Below are positions 11,971-22,748 of a stretch of DNA of 43,775 nt, in pieces (the first letter of the stretch is position 1; each line of letters starts with the position of its first letter). The DNA lies in the NCBI GenBank assembly GCA_038496445.1, contig JALMLS010000399.1, forward strand, positions 1 through 43,775, written 5' to 3'. The notes under the pieces were generated by a model that did no database searches, had not been told where the DNA came from, and worked only from the letters and a program-made list of their open reading frames with translations. The DNA is from Trichosphaerium sp. ATCC 40318. Lineage: Eukaryota; Protista; Tubulinea. Position numbers and translations under genes: made by a program.

Positions 11971-12438
11971 TTTGTTGTACTCTCCAACCAATCGGCCTTT
12001 AACATAAAAACAACTCAAAAACAGTTTGCTGTTGTAGTGCCATTCTTTGTACTCTTTGCTTAACTTGTCTCTGACATACGAGCAATGTACTTTCAATTGT
12101 CCGTTGCTAAACCAGTGCTTGCTCTCGCCATGACGTTTGCCATGTTTCCAAGAACATCTACGGAGAAGCTTCCACGTGTTGTTTTGACAATGAAGTTGTT
12201 TCATCCACACACCATGCTTTCTGAGCTTAGAATCAAACCTTGTCGTCATCGCCATGTGTTTTGATAACAATGGCCATTTATAAAAATGTCAGCTGCTAAA
12301 TCAGTAATACAAAGGTGTAGCTCCACTGGGAGGTTGTGCAGGTGACTTTTTTTTTTCAAACAAGAGGCGAGCGCCGTAGCCCTCACTTTATTCATAATAA
12401 TAATTACAAGATAATTACATTGAAAAAAATCACCGTCC

Positions 12439-12858
12439 CAGCTTGCCCGATCAGGCTCCGAAATTTGTTCTCACAAATTTTGGAGGGCCACGTGCCAGCG
12501 TCGTACCATAATACAACCTAATTAAACCAATAAAAGTAAAAAGGTAAGAAAAGAAATGGAAAAAATAAAAATAAAAAGTGCCAACAAAAGTCAAATTAAA
12601 ATCAGCTTGCCCGATCAGGCTCCGAAATTTGTTCTCACAAATTTTGGAGGGCCACGTGCCAGCGTAGTACAATAAATGATTGAATAATAAGAAAATAAAA
12701 GGAATATAGTGCTATTAAAAGAACAAATAAATTTTTGTAAAATTAAAGCATAAAATAAAAAGAAAAGAGAAAAGAACCAATAACTAGACTCATCCCAGCT
12801 TGCCCATTCAGGCTCCGAAATTTGTTCTCACAAATTTTGGAGGGCCACATGCCAGCGT
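12439..12858 (-). repeat. Three copies of a 63-bp structured motif in the LINE 3' UTR
   Basis: CAGCTTGCCCGATCAGGCTCCGAAATTTGTTCTCACAAATTTTGGAGGGCCACGTGCCAGCGT at 12439-12501, 12603-12665 and 12796-12858 (third copy has 3 substitutions), separated by unrelated AT-rich spacers. Confidence 0.93.
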
Positions 12859-12870
12859 CATGTATATTAA

Positions 12871-15800
12871 TTAATTGTAATCGTCTTCCCATTCAATAAA
12901 TCCAATTCGTTTAACTTGTTTTGATTTACGCTTTTTGAGTGAAGGAGCCAAATGCTTGGATAGAATAACGGTACCATCTCTGTTAAAACCATCTATACCA
13001 TGACCAATAGCAAATGCAGGAGTATTGCGCTGTCTACGCTTAAAGAGCCACTCCTCTGAACCCACAGTACCATAATCCAAGGAAACTTGAGAACCATCCA
13101 ATCTTCTAACTATAGATACAGCAGTGACATTATCAAACCACGATGGTTTATCAAAAGATTCACGATCTATGGTCAAAGAAAGCCACTTGTAAAATCTAAG
13201 GCGTAACGTTTGAGCAGACATCCACTTGTACTTCGGGACATTATGTTTCACATCATTCCTTATAATCCACGTAAAAGCCATAATAGCACCTAAACAAAAC
13301 AAAGTAGCAGGTTTTTTACATTTGATTAAATTTTGCTCTGTCAAAGCAGGTACGTTAAATTCTTCTATGAGATCTGACAGTACATCTCTAATACTAGCAA
13401 CAACTTCCCAACTGTAGAATAGCTCCTCATGTTTTTCTGGAGGCATAGCATCTTTGACATGAGTCACAGGCATCACCCTCATTATCACTCTCCATATAAC
13501 ATCTCTGACATAATTCGCTGATTTAAGTTCTAACAATGCAGGCAAACAGGTACACTGATCTTTGATAGCAAACCACGAACGCTTCCAACGTGAAACTGAT
13601 TGAATGAGCTTGATTTTCATCACGTGTTTAAGCTTTCTAGGTTTAGCTTTGAGACTAACGTTTAAGGAACACCACACATCTCTGCACTTTTTACCTAAAT
13701 CTGTACCAACAAACCATACTTCCGAATAAAAAGTACCTTTGATCAAGTGCCTTTCCCACAATGTCGCTTTAAACCCAGTAGCTATCTGCGCTATAGAAAA
13801 AAGTTGTAAACCACCATTTTTGTAGCACTGATTCATGTGAGTCCAAGAGACACGTGATTTATGAATGCTGTGATTGTAAACGTATGAACTTTCCCAAAGA
13901 AACCAATTAATAATTGAATGATACCTAGGAACAAGGTGAACAGGAAAATCAAGTGCTCTAGCACAATCAGGTCTAAAATTCTCAAGCTGTTTTTATGGTA
14001 GATACCATGAATTTGTGGTATAATTATACCATTGATTACAATTTTATACCACAAATTCCAGTATAATATACCATAAATCAAAGGATTTATACCATAAAAC
14101 AGCCAAATTATACCATAAATATGCAGTAGAAAGTGCGAATTTATACCATATTTTTTCACCTGAAAAAATGCAATATATGGTATAATTCTACCATAAAACA
14201 TGGTATAAAACACAGTATAATACCACAAAGTCTGGTATATTATACCTTAAAACTTGGTAGATTATACCACAAAACCAAGTGTATTATACCGTGTAAAAAC
14301 TGTTCTAATAATAAAACCACATTTATTAATACATTTTTTTGTTTACATCCGTGACCTTTGGTTTTGTCCATATCCTCTTTTGTGGTAGTTGACACATCAA
14401 ATAACCTTCAAAAAAAATATTGTACTTGCTGTAAGTGCATCGAATGGACATAGCATGAAAACTAGAAGAAGAATTAGTGAAGGCTTGATGCACAAAATAA
14501 ATAGTCGTACAAAAATTGCTGTTTTGTTGTGGTGGCAGCACTGGAAGTAACAAATGACCTGTGTGGTGGAGCCAAACCAAGACTAAAACAAAGAAATGAA
14601 AATAACTGCCAACTTCATCGGAAACAAGTTCTAGCAGAATCGTACCTGTTAGTTAACACATCCTGGTTTTTTTTTTATCATCTATTTAGCTTGGTTAAAA
14701 CCTATGGCAAGCGGCTTCAAAACAACTACTTTTAGTGTACCTTGTGTTGTGTGGGCAATAAACTGGACAAGACTTAGTTTTGTGCTCTGACTTAGCCAAT
14801 TGGTTTACAATATCACTCGTAAGGTCAACACATGGGTGTGAAGCCTAAATGCTATCTGTTCTGGCAAATGCGGGCGTTTAGTAGGGAAAAATTCAAAAAA
14901 ATCCAAAAAAATCCAAAAAAAACCAAAAAACTCAAAAAATGGGTAGGCTCTGAAACAACTTGGCCTTATAGCACTATTCACGCGTTTTAACATGCATTGG
15001 AGCGTATATCAAAAATGTCAAAAAAAAATAAATAATTTTGCTCCTGATTTGGTAAATGAGGCTGTATGGCGTTGATTGAGTGTAAAAATGCCTATGGAGG
15101 GGAGAAAAAAATGAGAGCCGGGGAAAAAAACCTCCAATTGGAGGTTTTTTGCGAATGGGCATTTTTCAAGCGCTAAACGCGTTTTTGGTGTGTCTACCAC
15201 TGTAGCGTTCTAACATGGGGTACGTGGAGTGGTTTCTTCCTCAAATACTGTCAATCGGAGAAAATTGGCCAATTTATCCCTAAAACGCCCGCAATTGGGG
15301 CGCGTTACCAGATTTCTCTCTTAAAACTGTTTTTCACACATTTATATGCCAATTATGTTCAATAACGGCTACTGTCAAAGCATTGTGTGGTATGGCGTTT
15401 GCGTAGGGCCAAAGGCTATTAAATCAAGTATAGACCAAGTGAACTTTGACTAACTTATACTTATACGGTATAATACCACGGTATAATACCACATTTTATG
15501 GTATAATTATATGGTATAATGCACGGTATACAATACTGTAAAATACAGTATAATACCATGGTATAATACTGTGTTTTATGGTATAATTATATGGTATAAT
15601 GCATGGTATACTATACTTTAAAATGCAGTATAATACCATGGTATAATACTGTGTTTTATGGTATAATTATATGGTATAATTATGGATTATACTGAGCTTG
15701 TACCATAAAAGGTGATTATACCATAAAATACGGTATAATACCATGATAATTTTCAGACCTGTATTCGCTTGAAAACACTTTGAACTGTTAACAAAAAGAC

Positions 15801-17646
15801 CAGTAGCAAGCTTATATTTGTCTAAATACTTGTTAAGATAAACAATATCGTTTTTAGAGCTGGCATTCAGAATGAGATCGTCAGCAAAGAATAAATTCTT
15901 TACACAGACATTGCCAGGAAGTGTAACACCAGCAATTTTTGATACTTTGTTGATGAAAGAGTTGAGAGGTTCTACTATTAGAGCAAACAAATAAGGGCTG
16001 ATAGGATTGCCTTGACCTGTACCACGTTTTGTTGTAAAAGAGCCTTCACTGATGCTGTTGTTAATACGCACTTTAACATCAAGGCGCAGAGCATGTACAA
16101 TTGCCTCAGCAAACTCAGACTTGTACCCAATAAATTTTAATATATGGATCAATGCCAAATGACTACAAGAGTCAAAAGCCTTTCTGAAATCATACGCAAT
16201 AAGACTCAGCCACTTTAATTCTTTTTTACAAAAACTAATAACTTCTAGAGTTGTTATGAGATTGTCAACAATATCTCGCCCTGGTATGAATCCATTTTGT
16301 GATTCCAAAATGTATTTTTGCATGAATGGAGTCATACGGTTGTAAAATACTTTCATAAATATTTTATAGTCAACGTTTGCTAAAGTAATTGGACGGTAGT
16401 TACTCAAATCAGAAGCGTCTCCTTTTTTAAAGATAGGTACAATGATTCCCTTACACAGATGCTCATCAACCTCACCATTTTCAAGGAACAGATTGAATAG
16501 GTTAGCCAATATAGGAGCAAAAGTACCGCTCAATGATTTGTACAAGCACGCTGTTAAACCATCAGGCCCAAGAGCCTTGTTAATTGGGAGTTTTGCTATA
16601 ACCTTAGTAACTTCCTTGACAGTAATTTTTTTGTTAAGCTTATCCACAAACTTGTTATCACACGGAATGTCCCATTTGTTAATAAACGATTCAAGTACCT
16701 TTTCTTCAAAGCACTTGGAACTTCCTCAAACATAGCTTTTGTTGATGCCGCTAGATTATTAAGATGTTGGTTTTTTTCCTCACAAAGAAATTGATATGTT
16801 AAGAACTTCTTTTGTGTAATATCAGTACCATTTGCTAGTTGAGAAGCAATAAGTTCACAAGCTGTAATTTTGTTTTTTAATTCATCCTTTTGCGCTTCCT
16901 TTAAGATGTTGATCATCGCCTGTTTAGCAAAAAAGTAGTCGTCAACAGAGCGACCAAAATTCATCTCACAGATTATATTTTTGTTGTAAGAATTCCAGAA
17001 AACTTGATTTAGTTTAAAACTCTGCTCACTGCGTTTTGGAAAATTAAGTTCTAACAACATTAATTTATGATCTAAGTGAAAAAACCCAGTTGGAACAAGT
17101 TTAAAACTCTTCATGTGATTTTTAACATAGTCAGAAACAAAAATCATGTCTATTCTACCACCACGGTCATGGGTAGGATGAGACTTTTCAGTAAAAACAG
17201 CAACGTCAGAAAATCCTAATAAACAAATGTTTTCATAAATTTCTTTGTCCAAACTGTTTTTGTCAATACGTAAATTAACATCACCTGCTATTATGTCGCA
17301 TTGTGCCAAATCATCATAGACAGAATCCCAAAAAACACATTTGTTTTTGCAAGGTGCGTAAACAACACCTAAGAGAAACACCTGATGCTTGAACATCAAC
17401 AATTAATAAACGACCTTTTTGTTCATGCACAAGTTTCGATTGAGCTCCACGGAGTGTAGCAAGAGCGACCCCAGTACCTCTACCAGCATCTGTGTGTAAA
17501 ATACGTTTACTGTTAATATGAGAAGGGAATGAATTGGTTTCAGTAGCACAAAAGTAATTACACTTTAAATTAAATGAAAATTGTTTTAGGCGAAAGAAAT
17601 TTGAAAAACCTCTACTATTTACTACCGCTAGTTTGACTCTAGGCAT
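12871..17646 (-). pseudogene. LINE ORF2: AP-endonuclease, reverse transcriptase and C-terminal domain; frameshifted and interrupted
   Basis: MPRVKLAVVNSRGF...ATETN...YAP...IAGDVN...RIDMIFVS...DHK (APE); GPDGL, NYRPITL, QNGFIPGR, DFRKAFDS, GQGNPISPYLF, FADDL (RT); FLW...GGL...WIIRN in the C-terminal part. Frameshifts near 17390 and 16650-16710; insertion at 13968-15761. Confidence 0.93.
13968..15761. mobile_element. Non-autonomous TIR DNA transposon C nested in LINE ORF2
   Basis: Ends CAGGTCTAAAATTCTCA and reverse complement CAGGTCTGAAAATTATCA. TATACCA/TGGTATA subterminal arrays include three ~80-bp tandem units from 15466. No TSD is visible and the flanking ORF2 appears deleted. Confidence 0.8.
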
Positions 17647-18543
17647 TAGATGTTTTAGTCCTTGGATTATAAGAGTTACCTCTTTGTGTTGAGGTTTTTG
17701 CTTTCTTTCGTCTCGTATTATCATCTTTAGAAGTATCACGTGCTCTTTTGGCATTATCACGATATGAGGCAGCCTCCAAAGGAGAGAGCTTTGAAATATT
17801 TTGAGAATACCTTTGCACTTTTTCAAAATCACTTTCGGAGTTAAAAACCTTCATAACCAAAAATCCAGATCCACATTTGTATACCTGATATTGTTCCAAT
17901 CCAGTGAGTTTTTTTGAACATACGAAAACACACTGTTAGTGGGTAAATCACTAAATTTTGTATGCCATCTACGGAACATCAACATCCGTCCTCCAAATCC
18001 TAAACATATTCTATCACAAATAGTGCACATAGTCTCTTTGTCATCAAGAATGTCAAAACCTGATATAACAATCTTTATAGAGCCGTGAGCATAAATGTAA
18101 AATTTATATCTTTTGTCTCGAAAAATATCAATTTGTTTAGAAAATTGTGTATGTAAATTCTCCTTATTTTTTATGACCATGATAATTCTATTTGGATATT
18201 CTTTTGCAGTGATTATTTTAGAACTACCTTTGAAAGCATTAACTAGGTTCAAACGGTGGTCGTTGAATTCTTTTAGTTCGCCATTGGAAGAGTCTTCGTT
18301 GATTCCAAAATTTATAATCCAATAAAGCTCGTTGTTCATTTTATCAGCATTGTACCTCATAATCCGCTCTTCGGAGACTTTTTTGATACAATTCAAGATA
18401 ATGTTGTTGTCGATTTTTCGTTCTTCTACAGGAAACGTACTTGTAAGGTTTCGGACATCTTCAGCATCTTCCATATCAAAATCAGTAACACTTGAGTAAG
18501 AGGCTTCAGCCCCGCTGGTTATGGCAGTATCTTTCGGTTCCAT
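17639..18543 (-). CDS. LINE ORF1 (~300 aa; one apparent frameshift at the T-run near 17910)
   Basis: ORFs 17851-18543 and 17639-17899 join into one protein whose stop overlaps the ORF2 start region (ATG at 17646); position is typical of ORF1. Confidence 0.75.
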
Positions 18544-19072
18544 CCTATTAAACGTATTCTACAACAGAACGGAACAATTAAAGAAATATAGTAAGAGACG
18601 TTGTTAACCCCTGACCAATTAAGGCAGGCTCAGGTTGTGCAGGTGACTAAAATCAATGCTGTCCTTATGTGCCTACTATCACGTTATAAAAATAAAAGAT
18701 ACACGTGTACTACCTTTTCCATTGTTGCGAAAGTGGTATAGTTTAATGATTTTATTCGTTCTCGTTTCAATGATTTGTAACGCGCAATAAGCTTGGCTAA
18801 GTTTGTCGTCACTAACCAAAGGAGTATCTATTTACGATACTTTCCGTTAAAACATACGCCTAAAAGGTTGTTCACAAATATCGCTCTAAAACTCAGGCGC
18901 TTTTACAGTTCATTGAGACTAAATTTCGGAAAGCTTTTTTTTCCGTAACTTTATTCACTTATTCAATGCGTTAATTTTACATACTCTCAGCCGGCAAACT
19001 TTTATTGCGAAAAGGAACAAAAAATCGTTTTGCAGTTTTGAAGAGTATCACAAAAATAAGCAAAAGGATATT

Positions 19073-19144
19073 AGGCTCCACCCGGAGTCGAACCGGGGTC
19101 ACATGTACCAAAAACACGTATGATAACCGTTACACCATGGAGCC
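19073..19144 (-). tRNA. tRNA-Gln(UUG)
   Basis: GGCTCCATGGTGTAACGGTTATCATACGTGTTTTTGGTACATGTGACCCCGGTTCGACTCCGGGTGGAGCCT folds as a cloverleaf: acceptor GGCTCCA/TGGAGCC, anticodon loop TTTTGGT, T-loop TTCGACT, discriminator U. Confidence 0.92.
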
Positions 19145-19954
19145 ATTTGTTGATAACAAAGTGCAGAGACGCAATACCGATCGAAAAAATATGCCTAGCA
19201 GAACTACCCAAACCAACGAAATACTGTAGCCTTACATATTTTCGCAGTATAACTCCATACTAGTACGTACGAGGGAAAACCAATCACGAGAGTGCTGTAG
19301 TTGAACCAAAACAAATAAAGCGGTAATTTGTAATATTAGTAGCGGTAAGACCGTGATAAGCCATCTTGCAAGGAGAATAGGCAAATAACCATCAACATAA
19401 TACTAAAAACGCTTTGTCGCATTTAATTCATTCTGGGCTTACCAGCTGTAAACACGTTTTAGCTTCTTGCTGAGTTTAAGATGTTGGCGTGGTCTTTGGT
19501 TTTGTCAAACTACACCTGGTGGTGTCGATACGCTCAGAAGTGGTGTGCTGTATTCACTAATCACTCTAAACACACAATCTATATTGTACGAAACCGGTTT
19601 TGGTGCCAAAATCCTTGAAAACTGTACGACATGCATCAGCTGATAACTTGCGGTTAGTACTGGCGGTGTTGGTTTTCCACTGGTACTGCAAACGAACAAA
19701 AATCAAACAGTACACTGGTTTTGGCATCGAAAATCTGATTGAATTCAAGCAACTAAAGAAGAGTTAGCAATCTGCCAATACACGCAAGACGTTCTTTGTG
19801 ATCTCCTTTTATTATTCCTGATTGAAAGATATCAATCAGATGGCCTGGTATCGGACTTTGGTTGAAAAGCGAAAACGACGAAATTACAGTATTTATTTCA
19901 TTATTTACAAACACAACAAAGTGAACAACAACAGCGAAAACAACTTCTCTAACA

Positions 19955-20445
19955 ATGAATCAAGCACACCAACGTATCGATAATGCTATAGTAGACTTGT
20001 TCGAGAATTTCTCTTCCGAAGCCTATGATAGATTGGGCAACGAACTAGAAGCCGAATACGACGTCAATATACCTGCCACAGCTGGAAGGAGTCGCCCTGC
20101 TAATCATTCGGCTGAAGCAATACAAGTCATGGAAGAATATCCTTACAACTCTTTATTTGGAAAAATCAATCATTTGAAATTTTTTGTTTTTTCTTTCTTC
20201 TTGTTTTAATCTTCACACATCGTTCTCCTTAACTCTTACTCACTTGGTATACACCTAACATACCTGAGCCATACCCTAAGTATCATGAGAAGCTCGTACT
20301 CGCAAGAGACTCTGGTCTAACTGTAGCACAAGTTAGTACTTGGTTTGCTAACATGCGCGCACGCCGTGGACACACCAGAACCAAAAAATGCACCGAGGAT
20401 TCAATAGCAGCCACTCAAACCGAAAGATTAGTCGATACTGAATAA
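19955..20445 (+). CDS. TALE homeodomain protein, short class (S1); exons 19955-20136 and 20244-20445
   Basis: Splicing the AT-AC intron gives ...[48 protein letters not shown] (PYP loop, WFxN). Confidence 0.88.
20137..20243 (+). other. U12-type (minor spliceosome) AT-AC intron
   Basis: 5' ATATCCTT, branch TCCTTAAC at 20226-20233, 3' AC 10 nt later; removal restores the homeodomain. Confidence 0.92.
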
Positions 20446-20917
20446 AAACAGTAGCATTGACGTAATTCAATAGTGAGATAGTATTATGTAATGCAAATAA
20501 ACTGACAGCTTGATATTCGCAACTCGTAGTAATTTTATTCTTTTTTTGGACTTTTTTTGTACCACTTTTTAAACTATCGCGTTCGGGTTTTAAACAACAG
20601 TTTGCCTTAGAATATTATCTAAAGCGTACCTTCGTAACCACTAGAAAGCGTAATCTGCTACGTTGATAGAATTCTAATTGATTAGTTCGAAATCAATCTA
20701 TTGCTCTCAACGGCTCTTATATTCGCCGCTATCAATCACCTCACGCTGTACCAACACTCTCAAACTACCACCAGATGATTGCTAAACACGGGCAAAAGCA
20801 ACTGTAGCTTTGAGAAAATACAACGCCGATAATCTTTCAGATTCTAATTTTATTCTTGACATACTATAATACATTTTCCAACATTACCAAAAATGGAACG
20901 CAGGAAGAAGTCTTAAA

Positions 20918-22583
20918 CTACAACAATGCTAAATGAAGCTGTAGGGATACTTCTTTGTTCTTTAACGATGTAGCTTTACCCAAAGCATCTCGTCCAACAG
21001 TTAAAATTTGTTCCCAATCATTAACAACAGCAGAAGCATGCGTTAAAGTATCGCCTAAAGCTTTAGAAGCGGTTATAAGCTTCTGTTGATCATCTATTAT
21101 CCTTGTAGACTTTTGAAGTAGAACACTCGCTTCTTCTAGCTTTGTTCTAACTTGTGGTTGATCTAGCTTAACATTATCACGAACTCTCATCATTTGAGCG
21201 ACTTGGTTCACTTTCACGCTCATTTTTTTGTATTTTTCGAGACAAGCCGTTAATTCCTTTTCAAATGAAAACAAGTTTGTGGCTTGCACAGAAACAATAG
21301 AGTCACCGAAAGCCTAAACGGAAACTCAGAGCGAACAAAAAAAAGACAAAGAGGATAAAAAAGAAGTGATTGATTTTACAGATCTGTAAATTCCTGCGGT
21401 TGTTGGTACTGAAAACTCACCTTTTGTTTGCTGTTTTCCAGTTCAGTAGATTGTTTTTTGAGCTGTGTACGAAGTTGTGAAACATTCTTTGATACAGCGT
21501 AAATTTCACCCTAGGGAATCGTGTCAGCGTGCACAATTAGTTCGTAAGAGTCGTACGAGCGTATTTGCTGTATTCGCTTTTTTGGCGATTGCTGCATTTT
21601 TGTTCATGAGTTGCCATTGAAGGAGTTGGGTTTGTAGAAGCTCTATACGCTTCATTTTGGTGTCCTTAGACTTTTCCATTCCCATTCGGACTCGCTACAA
21701 AAAAAATAAATAAACATTCTAAAAACAAGTTGTTCCGGGCTTCTACACGAACAGAAAAAATAGAAAAAAATGCCACGCTATGCACATCATATTAATGTAC
21801 TCATAGAAAACTTTTGAGCTTCAAACGATTTGATACAAACGCGCGAAAAATCGGTAAATAAAAATAGCATTTTAAATCCGAACGTACTGTCGTTAACTTT
21901 GAACGTTGCGGTTTGTTTTGTGCTGGTTTGGTAGTAGTATTGACTCTACGCTTTCTTACAACAGGAGTTTTTGTAAGAAAAGCTCTGGCCTGATTTCTCG
22001 CATTTTCACTTGCAAACGCGCTATTTCGTACTGGTTTGCGCTTCTTCATCGAAGAACGAAGCGTACCAGCTACTACCGGCTTTGGCTTTCGTTTGTGGGC
22101 CCAGTCACCTGTATGGTGGCCGTGAGTCGTCATTTCAAAGCTTTGATTTTAACGTACGTGTTATCATCGTTGCGCGTCTTCCATTTGGCGCTGGTTGGCG
22201 TTTTTGAAGAGCAGCAGGAAGCATTGTAGCTCTTCGTGTTTGTAGTGGCGGAAGTTGAGTAAGTGGCTTCCTGGTTTTCTTTGTGGTTGATGATGGCTGC
22301 ATATAACGCGAAGCAACATGTTTAACTACAATTCAGCGTGAGCAATTTTACCGTTATTCTTTCTTTACCTCTTCTACGTTTCGCTGTAGACGGTGCTGCA
22401 GTGCGTTTTGGTACAGTTTTTCGGTTATACGGCGTCTCAAGCAGAATATCATCAGTAGGTAGCCGTCGTTGCTTTTTTGCTAATAAATATAAGGTTTGAA
22501 GGTGGTTTTATTAGCGTTTTACTTGTTGAGCTAAATAATCGCTTTTGAACTGATCCAAATGGCGTTTGCGAAGACAGAGACAT
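20918..22583 (-). CDS. Multi-exon gene of unknown function: basic low-complexity N-terminal part and coiled-coil C-terminal part
   Basis: ATG 22583, several GT-AG introns (e.g. 22480-22522), exon ORFs 21801-22133 and 20918-21289 (heptad-like). Exon structure is not fully resolved. Confidence 0.5.
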
Positions 22584-22748
22584 GATACAATCAACGCGGG
22601 AAACAAATCAAGTGGTGTTTTCAAACGAAGTCATTTTTTTTTTTGTACATTGGTTTATTGACGCATAGGCAGCCCATTTACATTTTTATGAGTATCATAG
22701 TACTCGTACAAGTAAGTGATGAGCTAGTGTCGTCGCACGTGAAGAATT

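Larger units (their letters stand above)
9030..12255 (-). pseudogene. MORN-variant repeat protein (~357 aa reconstructed) interrupted by two DNA transposons
   Basis: Segments 12255-11971, 10958-10483 and 9345-9030 encode GEYKEWYxNGxLxxxCxYxNGKL repeats with no internal stops. Removing element B plus one TSD restores the frame (EYNK-WLESG). Element A removal is off by 1 nt. Confidence 0.85.
12331..18648 (-). mobile_element. Full-length L1/Tx1-type non-LTR retrotransposon (coordinates include TSDs)
   Basis: Direct repeat AGGTTGTGCAGGTGACT at 12331-12347 and 18632-18648; T10 run (poly(A) tail) at 12347-12356; ORF1 plus APE-RT ORF2. Confidence 0.95.

Noticed and set aside
12439-12858. Repeat-spacer-repeat pattern resembling a CRISPR array
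   Set aside because: The repeats are 63 bp, the spacers are 101-130 bp of low-complexity AT, there are no cas genes, and the array lies in the 3' UTR of a eukaryotic LINE.
9266-15200. Short ORFs inside elements A, B and C as transposases
   Set aside because: They are translations of subterminal repeats or low-complexity DNA with no DDE or other transposase motif.
4730-18543. Multiple frameshifts as programmed frameshifting or RNA editing
   Set aside because: Most lie in homopolymer runs and the window end shows the same indel pattern; sequencing error or decay is more parsimonious.
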